Origin: Macrostomum lignano | Taxonomy: Eukaryota | NCBI GenBank assembly: GCA_002269645.1 | Contig: NIVC01001839.1 | Location: 259,462 to 323,461 of the forward strand | DNA: 64,000 bases | Reading direction: 5' to 3' | Shown here: positions 10,800-23,814 of the stretch, piece after piece | How positions within the stretch are numbered: position 1 is the stretch's first letter | How the letters are laid out: each line of letters begins with the position of its first letter | Translations under genes and position numbers: made by a program | The notes under the pieces: model-generated | What the model was told of the DNA's origin: nothing | Database searches by the model: none | What the model saw: the letters and a program-made list of their open reading frames with translations, nothing else

Positions 10800-13700
10800 G
10801 AAACCAAGCCATTTAGCATTCACTTCCTATCAAGATGGATCTACCAGGCTGTCAATGCTGCAGTCGCTACTGACTCTCTACTGCATGCTCGCACTGATGC
10901 TTGGCGTTGTTGTACCGATTACCGACGCCCTCGCTCAGCCTGAGGAGCACGCTGAGTACAGACAGGTGAATTTGGGGCTTTTTAGGTAGCTAAATCTGGG
11001 ATGGATGACGAGGATTGTGGCGCAAACAACGTGATGTATACAGCAGAGGTTGGCAAACTCCGGGAGGACCCGCGAAGCCTCTCTATCCGGCCCTCGAATC
11101 CTTGAAACTTCACAATAGCAGTCCGTCCCACTCAAGGTTTGTGTCTCTTCTCTCCCGATCTCTACCTCTCCTTTCCGCCGTTCATCTCTCATCTCCTCTT
11201 CCCTCTTCCCCTCTATTGCAGCCATGAGTTGCCAACCCCTGCTGTAAGGATAGAGCTACAGTATTCATTAGAATGTTGTTTTTACTTTTTTCAGATATTC
11301 TACATTTTTATGCACGCGGTTGGCATTGTTGGCATTGTGTACATGAACAGCCTGATATCCTACTATGGGAGCAATTATTACAAAAGAATTTGCAAAAGCA
11401 AAGTTGACAAGAAGTTAGTTCTAGAACGAGACTCGACCGCTGCAACCAGTGACGCCACTGAGTCCGTTGATCCGGAACACTCTACCGCACTCGTATCCCG
11501 CAATGGAATCAGTGCAGACGAGGTGACAGCAGCCCCTGAGGGAACGGCAGATTCTGTACAGCCCCAGGTGCTCAGGCCAGGTCGGAGCATCTTGCACCAG
11601 ATTCGCCGTCGCTGCAACGGCAGTAGACGCAATTCGGCAAGCGATTGGTTTCAACGACGCAAAAGAATTTGGAAGCTCAGACGAACATTAAGTGAGTAAA
11701 GTGGTGTGCTTCACTTTTAGCAACTTTAAATTCAATGCAAAACATCAATCTTGGTACTATGAAACATGTAAAGTTTGGTCCTTTACCCCCAGAACTTGGT
11801 ATATTTAGGTTGAGTCGAAATTACTTGCTTTTATCAGGTAAAATTCTAATGCTCAATCATTCACTGACTGTAAAATATATATTATCAAATCATACCAAAT
11901 GCCAACAAAAACCTCCAGACTCCGGCGCATTAGCAGCTGTTGAACAGGAAAAAATTATTCTGTCCGGTGTTGGCGTCAATCTCTACCTGAGATTCGGAGC
12001 CATTAGTAAGCTTAAAGATGTTCTCTAGACATTTGTAAGCGTGACGGACACTTGAAAATAACTGTTTAAATAATCAATCCAGTTTTCGGATTCGGTGTGA
12101 TGATGCACAGTGCCTTCAAAATTGTTGACAGTCTGAGCAAACGTGGCGACAGCAAACTCTGTTTGAGTCCCTGGTTTCTGCCCAAACACATTATTGATCT
12201 GCTGTTCATCGTACTGCAGACCTATTTCCTGTTCAAGCATCACAAGGTAATGGAGTTCTTTATGGGATCTTTACTCTCTATGCTCGTGTGGTATTCATAA
12301 ATATCAAACTTGAACTCGCATTAACCAGGTGACAATAAATACTCAGAAGTCGTTGATTCGATTCTTTCTAATTCACCTGGCCGTTGCGAATCTGTGCATT
12401 TGGATTAAGACGGTAGTCTACGAGATCAAGACCGGATTGATGCATTCTACTGGGAAGAAGCTGGACAGAACCGTCCCTAATGCTGCAGCTAATTTTACAA
12501 CGCCAAGCTACGGACAAAGTTTGGACGTAGCAAATGAGCTGCTGAATATTAGCGACGTTTTTAATATTCAAGACCAGTTAATCAATGATGGTAAACAACG
12601 TTTCTTAGATAATGATATTAATAGAGCTTTTCGTTTAGAAAATCAGAATTCTATGTTAATTTTTTATTCCACGTATATTTCATGTACCTAAAAATCATAA
12701 AAATGCATGGCACAGCTCGAATCTTTTGTTTTATGGATCTATTTTATCAACTCTGTTACACATATTGTTACACAGTCAGCTAAGAATGAGAAAATAGATT
12801 CACAAAACCAATGAGCCGAGCCAAGAAGTCAATAGAGCTATAAAAAAGGCAAAACATATCAAAAGATGAACACTGGATCTGCTTCCTAATATTCCTATCG
12901 AAATCAATAACAATTTTTGTGCTGAAAAATGGAAACTTTCGATCTCCGTGGTGTATTTTTCAGCGAAAATCAGCCTCATAAACATTTACTAAGAAAGGCA
13001 GTTTTCGTCCTTCTACTTGAGCAGTCCTTGATGCAGCCTTGGTGAGTATACGTAACTAGTATGAGGTTAGAGCGGCCACAGGGAACAAACAAACAGCAAA
13101 GTAAGCGATTTGTTCCAGAGTTCACCCTGCTGTGATAGCAGCGGTGAGCTACTCTGGGGCCTGGGCTTCCCCATTAGTCCAGATATGTTGGTAAAACGGT
13201 TTAAAATATTAGTCATACTTGTTCTTACTCGACTGACTAGCGCCCAAATGTATTGCAATAAAATCCTTATTCAGGCAACGGCACCGCCCGAAATTCGTCT
13301 TGCACTGGCCGATTCAAAATCGACAAAAACTCTCCATCGGCCCAGCTCGGACCCTACCTGTACCCATGTGCAGTGGAGTACGGCTTGATCTGTGCAGCAA
13401 TTTGCTACAAATTCTTCACAAATGTCGGCAACACGGAGGCGGCAAAGAAGTCGACTCCTGTCAGTGAAGCGACTGCGCTGCCTCGAAGCACAACTTGTCA
13501 CAAGTCGCACCGAGGCCTATTCGGCGGCCTAATTGTCACAATCTGCGTCCTGGTACCGATGGTCAGCTTGCTGATAGCGCGTCAGCAAGCCAATAGTGAG
13601 TACAGAGATCTGCACGTTATCGCCATGCTGATTATTGAATGCATCGTGTTAGTCTGCACAACAATAATAGCTCTATTTGGAGCTGTCAATGCTATCCGAA

Positions 13701-14287
13701 AATTAAAACTGTCCAAACTCGAGCGTCACGAAGCGTTCGACGTCAATTTATTGTTTGTCGGCCTGGCTGGCATCGTCTGTTACAGCTTGTTCGTGGCTAT
13801 CTCTGTCGGGGCTTGCATGATGACGTCACCGAACGATCAAAACGCAGGCTGTCAGTGGGGCAGGAGACGACAAGCTCAAATTACTCAGTTAACTGGATTG
13901 AAAGCTTTGGCTGATCTGACAGAATCGGTTGCTCAGACTTTGTTCATTATGCAGGTGATTCAGCGGAAAATTACAATTGAATTAGCCCAGAAAATGGAGA
14001 AACCCGGTCGAGGCATCACAGCGGCTCTGCTACTTGCCAACTTGGCTATGTGGATCGAGTCCGTGTTCGAAGTTCAACGCGATGTTGCCCAGGACTTTTT
14101 GAACTACTACTTTGGCGTCATGCCGTGGAGCATCATAAAGCTAATCTTTCAGCCCTTGATCATATTCTACAGGTTTCACTCGACTGTGTGCCTCTCCGAG
14201 ATCTGGGTGCACAGTTACAAGCTGAACAGCCTGCACGACAGTCAGTCTCACAGGTCGACTCCGCGCAAAGGGGCTCGTTCAGAGTAG
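10800..14287 (+). CDS. OTOP: Otopetrin proton channel (exons 10800-10965, 11295-11691, 11919[or 11839]-12005, 12083-12246, 12329-12590, 13275-14287; upstream first exon not identified)
   Basis: Otopetrin motifs across exons with matching GT-AG phases: LYCMLALMLGVVVP, FYIFMHAVG, NLYLRFGAI|IFGFG, LQTYFLF, IRFFLIHLAVANLCIW, PYLYPCAVEYGLICAA, AQTLFI, KPGR...ANLAMW, PLIIFYRFHSTVCLSEIW. Confidence 0.92.
11044..11241 (+). mobile_element. hAT-like MITE family 1, copy 1 (in otopetrin intron)
   Basis: Ends cagaggttggcaa ... ttgccaacccctg. Internal aagcctctctatccggccctcg...aaacttcacaatagca shared with 53674-53838 and 62212-62696, followed by a CT-rich tract. No 8-bp TSD seen. Confidence 0.7.
12600..13030 (+). 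mobile_element. Left-truncated copy of the foldback-type MITE at 29920-30634 (in otopetrin intron)
   Basis: 12625-12830 matches 30133-30330 and 12830-13030 matches 30430-30634 in the same orientation; same terminus ttgagcagtccttg. Confidence 0.85.
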
Positions 14288-14800
14288 GAATGAAAGTACG
14301 GTTCATTACTTATTAAACACCCGACTTCGATTGAACACATTTTGAAGAGTGACTAGAGTACAAGATTTTATAAAATTAACGTTTGCAGGATCCCAGATGT
14401 TTCAAGTTTAATGCGTGTAAATTTAAATTTAAATTTTGTAAATTTACTTCATGGATCAATTCTACTTATGATAATTTTATGATAATTTTAATAAAGCATG
14501 CTTTGTACTTATTAAATTCTTATTGTTAAGCTGTCAGTCGCAAAGCTCAAAAGCAGCGCCCATCGGTAGGGGTCTCAGTTTTGTCTATGTCCAAGGCTGC
14601 CACAGAGCCGTGCAAGGAATCCGATCTTGCCTCGAACTGTCACTGCCAAACAACAGCCTTGCCTTAGTAAGCTTATTAAAAACTCACTTTGTCGACTAGG
14701 TGCTAATCGCGACGCGGTAAAAACCATATCGAGCGCAAGGAGCGCCACTTCCGTTCAAACGACAAAAGAAGTTTAAAAACCAACTTACCATTTTGTCAAA

Positions 14801-15112
14801 ATGGCCGGCTCCAAGAAGAAGTTCCCGAATGAATTCATGGACGACGACGACGACAAGAAGGAGACGTCGGCGGGCTACGTGCCAAAGCAGTCGCTAGATC
14901 CCAAGATTTTTCTCAATGACGCCAGCAAGGACGTTGCGCCGGGTATCAACGACGACGATTACTGCGTGAACTGCTTTGCGTCACCCTTCAAGTCTTGCAA
15001 GTGCGGCAAGCCGCAGCCCGGGCCGAAGCGGAGCGCAAAAGACGCGGGAAAGTCCAAGTCGCCGAAGCCCGCAAAGGAAGGCAAGGACGGCAAATCGAAG
15101 GACGGGAAGTGA
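14801..15112 (+). CDS. Small Lys/Asp-rich protein with CxxC-x7-CxC cluster, unknown function
   Basis: 103-aa GC-rich ORF in AT-rich flanks, start context caaaATGG, coding-like codon usage; no family recognised. Confidence 0.6.
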   Translation: MAGSKKKFPNEFMDDDDDKKETSAGYVPKQSLDPKIFLNDASKDVAPGINDDDYCVNCFASPFKSCKCGKPQPGPKRSAKDAGKSKSPKPAKEGKDGKSKDGK

Positions 15113-16939
15113 CGCCGCGAGCATTTTGCAGCCAGTGAATATCCTATAGCTAATGAGGAGCACTGCTTGTGAGTTGCCCTGCTGTCAGGCATTGAACATT
15201 CTGCTGTTCATTTCCATGCTTTTAAGTAATTAACAACAACTCCTGTGGCATTGCACTAACTTCACAAATGCTTCTATCGCGGCCTGTTTTTGCCATCCAA
15301 ATCTTCTGCTCTCCACAATCAGCGTCACTGGCTACTTAAATGCTTAATTTTCTGTTAAAAGTCCAAAATAAATCGGACGCAAGAGGCGCTGCAGTGCCAT
15401 TCAAACAAAATTAAAACTATTTGGCGCAATTTTTTGTTCAAACCGACAGCATATATTCACCAGATTTTTTGTTTCGCTAAAAAAGTCTTTATAAAAATCT
15501 TGTTATTTTGTCTTTCCGTGTGTCAGGCCATTGTTTACGCATTTTTCTAGCTAAAAACACCCGTATGTTTAGTTACAGTAAAGCTCTCAACTATTTTAGC
15601 TATTGTATTTGAAATCCAAAAAAGGAAAGTTGCCGTTTTAAGTCTTGCAGTACGTCGATATACATTTTTTGTATAGTACATGTAAACCCAAAAATGTTTT
15701 GTGCAGCTCAAAGTACATCAAAAGAACAATCTAATTTTGAAGCTATTGAAGCCTCTATTCGCGAGACCGAGACCACAAGACGTAAGATTATAAGTTTCTA
15801 GTCGGCGACCTACAAATGATTAATAATTTTTATCTCTCTCACCCATCCGCTGCTCATCATCTTTATTAAGACAAACACATTAAAGGATTGGATTTTGAAT
15901 AGCCGATCCGATGATGCGGTAACTTAAAATATATATTTAGTGGTTTCTTAACATATATGATATGAGTATATTAAAGCAAGCATTAAGCGTATTGGATAAG
16001 TCTGAGTCACTATCGTCTAACTAATGACTAATGCTATTTTAATGCTACTAATGATTTACTATTATATCCTAGCTTATACATAGTTAGCCTAGTTAGGTCC
16101 AAGATCCTTAAACATTATTCCCACCCACGTCACCCCTTCAAAAGGTTTTAACCGCTGGGCAGTGCATGCGCCGGTCCCAGACGCGCAATTCTGGCCGATT
16201 CCCTCGGACCTTCCTGCTCGTGTGTCATCTGAAATATCTTAGTATTTGATGTAGTTTAATCCCACCCCACATGACAAGACCTAAAAACCCTTTAAAGTGG
16301 AAACATACTTTTTTGGCGGCCTGAAATCGCTCTTTACAATGCCGTCATCAAGCACTTGTGGCTTTTTGTAAGAGCGCAGCCGTCCACAACTGCTACACTC
16401 CACCGCACTCTGATAGCACTGCAATTTCCTAATTTCCTAACCTGACCTAACCTAAATTCTATTCTTAATAGTCCCTAAATATTATAGGATTAAATATGAT
16501 TCTTGTAGAACTAAAACTGAAAGTAGCAAACCAAACCAAGTAGCAAACTATAAGCCAAGTAGCTAGCAAACTTCTTAAAAGCTGCAATCCTAAGTTGAAG
16601 CTTCAGTCGAAAAGCCAACCTATTTCTGAAGCATAAACTTAATTGCGTCTTGAATTGTAAAAGAATGGAGCAGCTGCGCTTATAGTTAATGGACTAGCAA
16701 TCTAGTGCCCCCTTTCGGGGCGCCCAGTAAGCACGGAGCAAAAATTATTCATAGAAAAAATTAAAGGTCACATTTTTTTCAAAAACAAATTCCTTCTTCA
16801 GTTTTAAAAATCACTTTATTCAAGTAAAATTGTCACGGACAAAGATGTTTGCTATGAATCTCTTTTTTCTAAAATTAACAAAGACAAAAAAATAAGGCTT
16901 TCACAAAGATAACAGACATTCTCCCTAAATAGAAAACAT

Positions 16940-17360
16940 CTCCAAGAAAGCAAGCATCCCCCCAGATAGCAAGTATCCCCCCCCCCAGATAGCAAGCATC
17001 CCCCCCCCAGATAGCAAGTATCCCCCCCCCCAGATAGCAAGTATCCCCCCCAGATAGCAAGCATCCCCCCAGATAGCAAGTATCCCCCCAGATAGCAAGT
17101 ATCCCCCAGATAGCAAGCATCCCCCCAGATAGCAAGCATCCCCCAGATAGCAAGCATCCCCCAGATAGCAAGCATCCCCCAGATAGCAAGCATCCCCCAG
17201 ATAGCAAGCATCCCCCAGATAGCAAGCATCCCCCAGATAGCAAGTATCCCCCAGATAGCAAGCATCCACCCAGAGAGCAAGCATCCCCCCAGATACCAAG
17301 CATCCACCCAGATAGCAAGCATCCTGCAGATAGCAATCACCCCTAAATAGCAAGCATCCT
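16940..17360. repeat. ~19-bp minisatellite (gatagcaagcatccccc[c]a)n with variable C run
   Basis: Direct reading, about 20 units. Confidence 0.95.
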
Positions 17361-17436
17361 GAATAGAAAGAATTCTAAACATGTAGATACACGTAGCTAG
17401 TACCCCTCTCTCCCAAATAGCCATTACCCCCCCCCC

Positions 17437-17438
<2 letters not shown>

Positions 17439-17520
<82 letters not shown>
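17439..17520. repeat. (GA)n microsatellite
   Basis: About 41 perfect GA units after a poly-C run. Confidence 0.98.
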
Positions 17521-17522
<2 letters not shown>

Positions 17523-17751
17523 AAGCACCCCCCCCCGATAGTAAGCACCCCCAAATACAATAGCAAGCATTCACCAGACAGCAAGTAGCTAGTGCAAATA
17601 TTTTCTCCGCTAATGCAATAATGGCTTTTTCAGGTAGTGGAATAATCCATGTCTCAGCCAGTGCAATAATCCTCTTCTCATCTAGTGCAATAATACTTTA
17701 CTCATCAAGTGCAAAAATCGATGTCTCAGCTAGTGCAATATTCCCTTTCTA

Positions 17752-18335
17752 AGCTAGTGCGATAATCCTTGGCTTATCAAGTGCAATAATCCTTGGCTTA
17801 TCAAGTGCAATAATCTTTGGTTTATCAAGTGCAATAATCCTTGGTTTATCAAGTGCAATAATCCTTGGTTTATCAAGTGCAATAATCCTTGGCTTATCAA
17901 GTGCAATAATCCTTGGCTTATCAAGTGCAGTAATCCTTGGTTTATCAAGTGCAATATCCTTGGTTTATCAAGTGCAATAATCCTTGGTTTATCAAGTGCA
18001 ATAATCCTTGGTTTATCAAGTGCAATAATCCTTGGTTTATCAAGTGCAATAATCCTTGGTTTATCAAGTGCAATAATCCTTGGTTTATCAAGTGAAATAA
18101 TCCTTGGTTTATCAAGTGCAATAATCCTTGGTTTATCAAGTGCAATAATCCTTGGTTTATCAAGTGCAATAATCCTTGGTTTATCAAGTGCAATAATCCT
18201 TGGTTTATCAAGTGCAATAATCCTTGGTTTATCAAGTGCAATAATCCTTGGTTTATCAAGTGCAATAATCCTTGGCTTATCAAGTGCAATAATCCTTGGC
18301 TTATCAAGTGCAATAATCCTTGGTTTATCAAGTAC
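17752..18335. repeat. 24-bp minisatellite (gtgcaataatccttggtttatcaa)n
   Basis: About 24 near-perfect units, with degenerate units upstream from ~17590. Confidence 0.97.
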
Positions 18336-18379
18336 TTGGCTTATTAGTCCATAATAAAAACTTTCCAAACTTGCTGGAC

Positions 18380-19060
18380 TAGTCACAGCATTTCAGCAAT
18401 CCCCTCAGCCCAAAAACTTCAGCAATTCCCATATCAGCAGCTTTTGGAATCTTAAAAATTCCTTCATGAGCCTGAAAATTTAGCGGATAACCCTTTGATA
18501 TCTTGGCAATTCCACATGAGTCTCTTGGTTGAACCCTAACCCTGCTTAGCCACAGCCTTTTCACAATCAGCCAACTGATGAACTTTGACATCTAATGATC
18601 TCTTTCTCAGCCCAAGAATTTCAGCATTCCTTTATGAATCTTTGACACCTCAGCCACCCCCCCCCCCCCCTGAGATCTTAGACGCCTTAACATCTCAACA
18701 ATCCCCCCAAGAGAAACAGCCCAAGCATTTCAGTGATCCCCGTGAGCTTTAACATCTCAGAAATTCTCCAAATGAGACATAATACTTCTTGTCTCAGCAA
18801 CTCCTATATGAGCCGCAAAATTTCTGAAATCTCCCAGTATGCCTTGCAATCACAGCAATTCCCCATGACCCTTGAGTCACAGTATATTTCAGATACCTCC
18901 ATGAGCCTTGAAATCTTAGCGATTGCCACATCAATTTCACAAATGAACTTTAAAACCACAGCAATTCTCCCTAGAATCACGTCATCGCATCATCTCAGAA
19001 ATTCTCCCATGAGTCTTGACATCAAAGCAATTTCCCCTACCAGCCTTGACAATTCTCAGT
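18380..19060. repeat. Diverged minisatellite (catctcagcaattccccatgagccttga-like); related tract at 35840-36360
   Basis: Recurring ctcagcaat/cccatgagcc/ttgacatc fragments in both regions. Confidence 0.6.
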
Positions 19061-19127
19061 GAGTCATTTATGTTCGACAGGGCGCTTCTTTTATGGTTGG
19101 CTTGGTACTCGTAATTATCTTTAATAA

Positions 19128-19660
19128 TGGTTCACCAGCAGTTTAGCAATGGTTCACCAGCAGTTTAGCAATGCTTCACCAGCAGTTTAGCAATGGTTCA
19201 CCAGCAGTTTAGCAATGCTTCACCAGCAGTTTAGCAATGGTTCACCAGCAGTTTAGCAATGCTTCACCAGCAGTTTAGCAATGCTTCACCAGCAGTTTAG
19301 CAATGGTTCACCAGCAGTTTAGCAATGGTTCACCAGCAGTTTAGCAATGCTTCACCAGCAGTTTAGCAATGGTTCACCAGCAGTTTAGCAATGCTTCACC
19401 AGCAGTTTAGCAATGGTTCACCAGCAGTTTAGCAATGCTTCACCAGCAGTTTAGCAATGCTTCACCAGCAGTTTAGCAATGGTTCACCAGCAGTTTAGCA
19501 ATGCTTCACCAGCAGTTTAGCAATGGTTCACCAGCAGTTTAGCAATGCTTCACCAGCAGTTTAGCAATGCTTCACCAGCAGTTTAGCAATGGTTCACCAG
19601 CAGTTTAGCAATGGTTCACCAGCAGTTTAGCAATGGTTCACCAGCAGTTTGGCAATGGTT
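19128..19660. repeat. 22-bp minisatellite (caccagcagtttagcaatg[g/c]tt)n
   Basis: About 24 units differing at one position. Confidence 0.97.
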
Positions 19661-20807
19661 CCAGATTATTCCATATTCCAGATTAGCAGTGCTCTCCCCG
19701 ATTTAGCTCTGCTAAGCTTTAAATTAGCACTTACAGCAGATTAGCACTGCTATAGAAGATTAACCCAGCCCCAGCAAAAGTATTTTTAAATTTTAAAGTA
19801 AAAAAGGCATGATTCAGTATATAAGAAAATCATTATTGTCACAGGCCACAGAGATAAATTCTTTGCTTCAATGCAGACTCGAACTTCTGCTAAGCCTATA
19901 CCTGTTAGCTTGTACTGCCTGCCTACGATGCGGCCATTGTGCCGAATGACAGATGGTCGAAATAAACCTATACTATTCAAGAAGTTTAGTATATCAAGAA
20001 GTTTAGTAACTTTTGTTTTATACAGTTTAAAGTTCCACAATGACCTCAAATTATCCCTTTTAATCTCGCAAAGCAGATAGCAGGCATGCTTTTTAGCAGC
20101 CTTCAGTTATCTTGTTTGCAGTCTACAACTTTCATTAAAATTAAGCATTTATGCCCTCAGCGGCCTATTGTCCCCTCGCAAACTGCAATAATTCACTCCG
20201 CAGTCCGCAGTAATCCCCTCAACAACCCGCACTTAATCCTCCACAATATCCACTAAAAACTCAGTAGTTAGTAATCCTCCTAAAAAGTCTGCCATTATCC
20301 TCCAAGTAGTCCGTAGTTATCCCCCCTCTGCAGTTTGCAGCTATACTCTTGTTAGTATGGAGGAACTACCTCAGCAGTTTGCAGTTTGTCCCCTTTGTAG
20401 TCTTCAATGATCCCTTCGACAATCTGCAATTCCCCTCAGCAGTCTGCAGTCATTCCATTTGCTGTCTACAACTGTTCCCTTAACAATTCTCATTTATCCC
20501 CTCAGCAGTCTGCAGTTCTCCTCTCGGCTGGCTCCACAGTCTTCTCAGCAAACTGCAATGATACTTTAATAATCAAAAAATTTGCTTAACAACTTGTGCC
20601 GAATAGCAAAAATAACTCATTAAGTGTGCCCTGCTAATTAATCAAAAAAATGTTCTAATTAGGTCGACGCACAAGCTACAAGTGAAGGAATTAATTTAAT
20701 TTTAATTATCCGCCGACGAGGCAGACTCGAACCTTGGACCTTATGCCTAGCCTAAACCTAGTTCTAGTGCTTACAGTGCGGTTACTCCGCCTACTAATTG
20801 AGAATTA

Positions 20808-21340
20808 AGAAAGAAATCTAAGAAAGAATCTAAGAAAGAATCTAAGAATCTAATCTAAGAAAGAATCTAAGAAAGAATCTAAGAAAGAATCTAAGAAAGA
20901 ATCTAAGAAAGAATCTAAGAAAGAATCTAAGAAAGAATCTAAGAAAGAATCTAAGAAAGAATCTAAGAAAGAATCTAAGAAAGAATCTAAGAAAGAATCT
21001 AAGAAAGAATCTAAGAAAGAATCTAAGAAAGAATCTAAGAAAGAATCTAAGAAAGAATCTAAGAATCAAAGAAAGAATCTAAGAAAGAATCTAAGAATCA
21101 AAGAAAGAATCTAAGAAAGAATCTAAGAAAGAATCTAAGAATCAAAGAAAGAATCTAAGAAAGAATCTAAGAAAGAATCTAAGAAAGAATCTAAGAAAGA
21201 ATCTAAGAAAGAATCTAAGAAAGAATCTAAGAATCAAAGAAAGAATCTAAGAAAGAATCTAAAAAAGAATCTAAGAAAGAATCTAAGAAAGAATCTAAGA
21301 AAGAATCTAAGAAAGAATCTAAGAAAGAAATCTAAGAAAT
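20808..21340. repeat. 12-bp tandem repeat (aagaaagaatct)n
   Basis: About 40 units; gives the spurious RFFL ORF. Confidence 0.97.
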
Positions 21341-21344
21341 CTAG

Positions 21345-21780
21345 AAAACTAGAAATAAATAGCAATTGTCTATGGAGTCCGCCTGTCAGCCAGGGCCAGA
21401 ATGTACACACGCAGCCACTGAGCATTATTTTCCTCTCCCTTACTGCAGCCAGTATTGAGGCCTACTCAGTTAGGAGAGAAAAATTGTGGCGCAATCTCAA
21501 TTGGAATTGGAATTCAGCCAGTCAAGAATTCAACCTGTTTTGGCCTCCCATTGAAAGCATAGGGAAAACTCGTTATTCGAATATTTAATACCTTCAGCAT
21601 TGAAGCAGATTAAATAAATTTTTAACTGTCTTCTTTCCGGACAAATTTGAATCTTTTGGCGAAAACGCGATCAAAATTGGTCAAACGGTTCAATCTCTAG
21701 AGCGTTATGGACAAGCAAGCAAGCAAGCAAGCAAGCATACAAACCTTAGAGATTTATTAGATTAGAAGAAGAAGAAAGAA
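21345..21780 (+). mobile_element. Possible Helitron-derived non-autonomous element (HINE/Lep1-like)
   Basis: 3' layout aaaattggtcaaacggttc...(gcaa)n...gatttattagattag resembles the subterminal motif, microsatellite and AT tail of such elements; boundaries are guesses. Confidence 0.3.
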
Positions 21781-22262
21781 GATTTCAAAACAACAAAATA
21801 ATGCGTTCTTTAACTGTGTATAGAAAGTCGGTGAGGCATCTGCGCAACTCCCAACGGACCCAACCAAAGCAAGAAGTGCACGTGATTATCGGGACAATGT
21901 TTTGCGCTTTACTGGAATGACTTCATCTTAATTGATTGGCTATTGGTTTCCAAATACGAGCAGAAAGGTAGATCTGTGCTGAGAACGATACGAGTAAACA
22001 TATTTTTCGTACCCACTTTGGCATAGTGTATGTTTCTCCCATATCATATCAAAAAGTAACCATACGAACTCATACGATTATTCCCGATAAAAAACTTGTG
22101 TGAAGTTGAAACGTGTTACCGAATTTACGACAAATAATTTCTTATTTAAACTTGACTGGAACTCTTCAATAAAACTACCTATGCAGTTTGAGTTCCCGAT
22201 TATAGCACTCGATTCAGCCACGCACGTTTATTGGTAGGTGTAAATTTACAATTAGTCGAGAT

Positions 22263-23713
22263 ATGCTACAGAGCATTCTGCTGCTACTTCTGGGCCTCTG
22301 TGGCTCTTCGATCTACTCTAACGGAGAGACCGCCGTCAGAGAAGTCTGCTACGACGGTCTGGGCTGCTTCAGCAACAGAGGCAACTTCTACGACATCATC
22401 AGGCGACCGGTGCTGCAGCTGCCGCAGGATCCCGACAGAATTCGACCGACTTTTGCCCTGTACACCAGGCGCAATGTCAACACTGCTCAGAACCTGGTCT
22501 ACAACAACAGGGACAGCGTGAGCAGGTCCAACTTCAGGTCTCGATCACAAACTAAGATCATCATTCACGGCTTTACCGACAGTGGTGACTCCGACTGGAA
22601 CAAGGCGATGAAGGTTGCCCTGCTCAATGAAGGCGACTACAATGTGATCCAGCTGGACTGGAGTCGAGGCAACGGCTTTCCTTACGGTCAGGTGAGTTGG
22701 CTGAAAGGATTTAAAATTCGTGGAGAACCCAGCCAAATTCTTGGAGTGCCCTAAACAACTTCACTTATTGCCTCAACCAACACTGTGAAACTTTGATAAA
22801 ACTTTGACAGTCTCAAGTTTTAGCCTTAAAGTATCAACTACTTATGGGTAGAATTGAAAAAATACATCCTAAGATGATAATCAACCCAAAATCTTTGGAA
22901 ACTCTTCTAAACTTTTTGAGCACCAACCAAACTGAAACCGAACAGCAGGCCACGGCGAACACCCGCGTCATCGGCGCCCTCATCGCCCAGTTCATCGTTT
23001 GGCTGGAGTCGAACTTTGGCGTCAATCGAGAGAACTTCCACCTCATCGGCCACAGCCTGGGTGCTCACGTGTCCGGCTACGCAGGCGAACGGTTGAGCAC
23101 TGGAAGCAAGAAGCTGGGCCGCATCACAGGAATGGATCCGGCCGGACCCTACTTCGAGAACACCCATCCGGAGGTTCGACTCGATCCCACCGATGCTCGG
23201 TTCGTTGACGCAATCCACACCGACGGAGACAGCACGTTGAGCATCATCAAGTTGGAGGGCGGATTCGGTCTGATGCAACCGGTGGGCCACGTGGACTTCT
23301 ACCCGAACGGTGGTACATCGCAGCCAGACTGCAACGATCCGCCCAGCGGAAGTGTCGGGGGCATCATTAGCGGCACAATCTGGCGCATGACCTGCAGTCA
23401 TAACCGCGTTTTGCCTGTAATGACCAGCACCATTGCCAACCGGCGAGGAAACTATCTGGTAAATATGCTGAAGCATATTGGTTTTTTGTACTCTTGACAC
23501 AATCAGAATGAGATTTATCATGATATTACGTCTCTATTGGGTCGTTTCAGGCCTACCCCTGTGCTAGCTACGAGGACTTTAAAGCCGGAAAGTGCAGATC
23601 GTGCGGCACGATTGGCTGCGCCAGCATGGGCATGCGTGCTGGAGAGTGGAAGCCCAACGGCCGGGTGAACGTGAAAATGTACTTGGACACTGCCGGCCAC
23701 GAGCCATTCGAGA
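22263..23713 (+). CDS. Pancreatic-lipase-like secreted lipase (exons 22263-22691, 22949-23458, 23551-23713; further exon(s) not located)
   Basis: Signal peptide; EVCYDGLGCFS; oxyanion IIHGF; nucleophile GHSLG; GMDPAGP (Asp); DFYPNGG.QPDC-lid-CSHNR (His); AYPC..Y.DF..G.C. Donors gtgagt 22692, gtaaat 23459, gtgagt 23714; phases 0,0,1. Confidence 0.93.
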
Positions 23714-23814
23714 GTGAGTGACGTTCATTTTTGCCTTTGCATTTCGAATTGGAAGTTGGATTTGGAGGATCGAATGATTGTTTGAAGGGAAGGGCAGTAG
23801 CAGGGATGGATGAT

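Noticed and set aside
20710-20791. tRNA-like sequence on the minus strand (B box ggttcgagtc)
   Set aside because: The A box is degenerate and no cloverleaf or anticodon arm can be formed; at most a SINE head or pseudogene.
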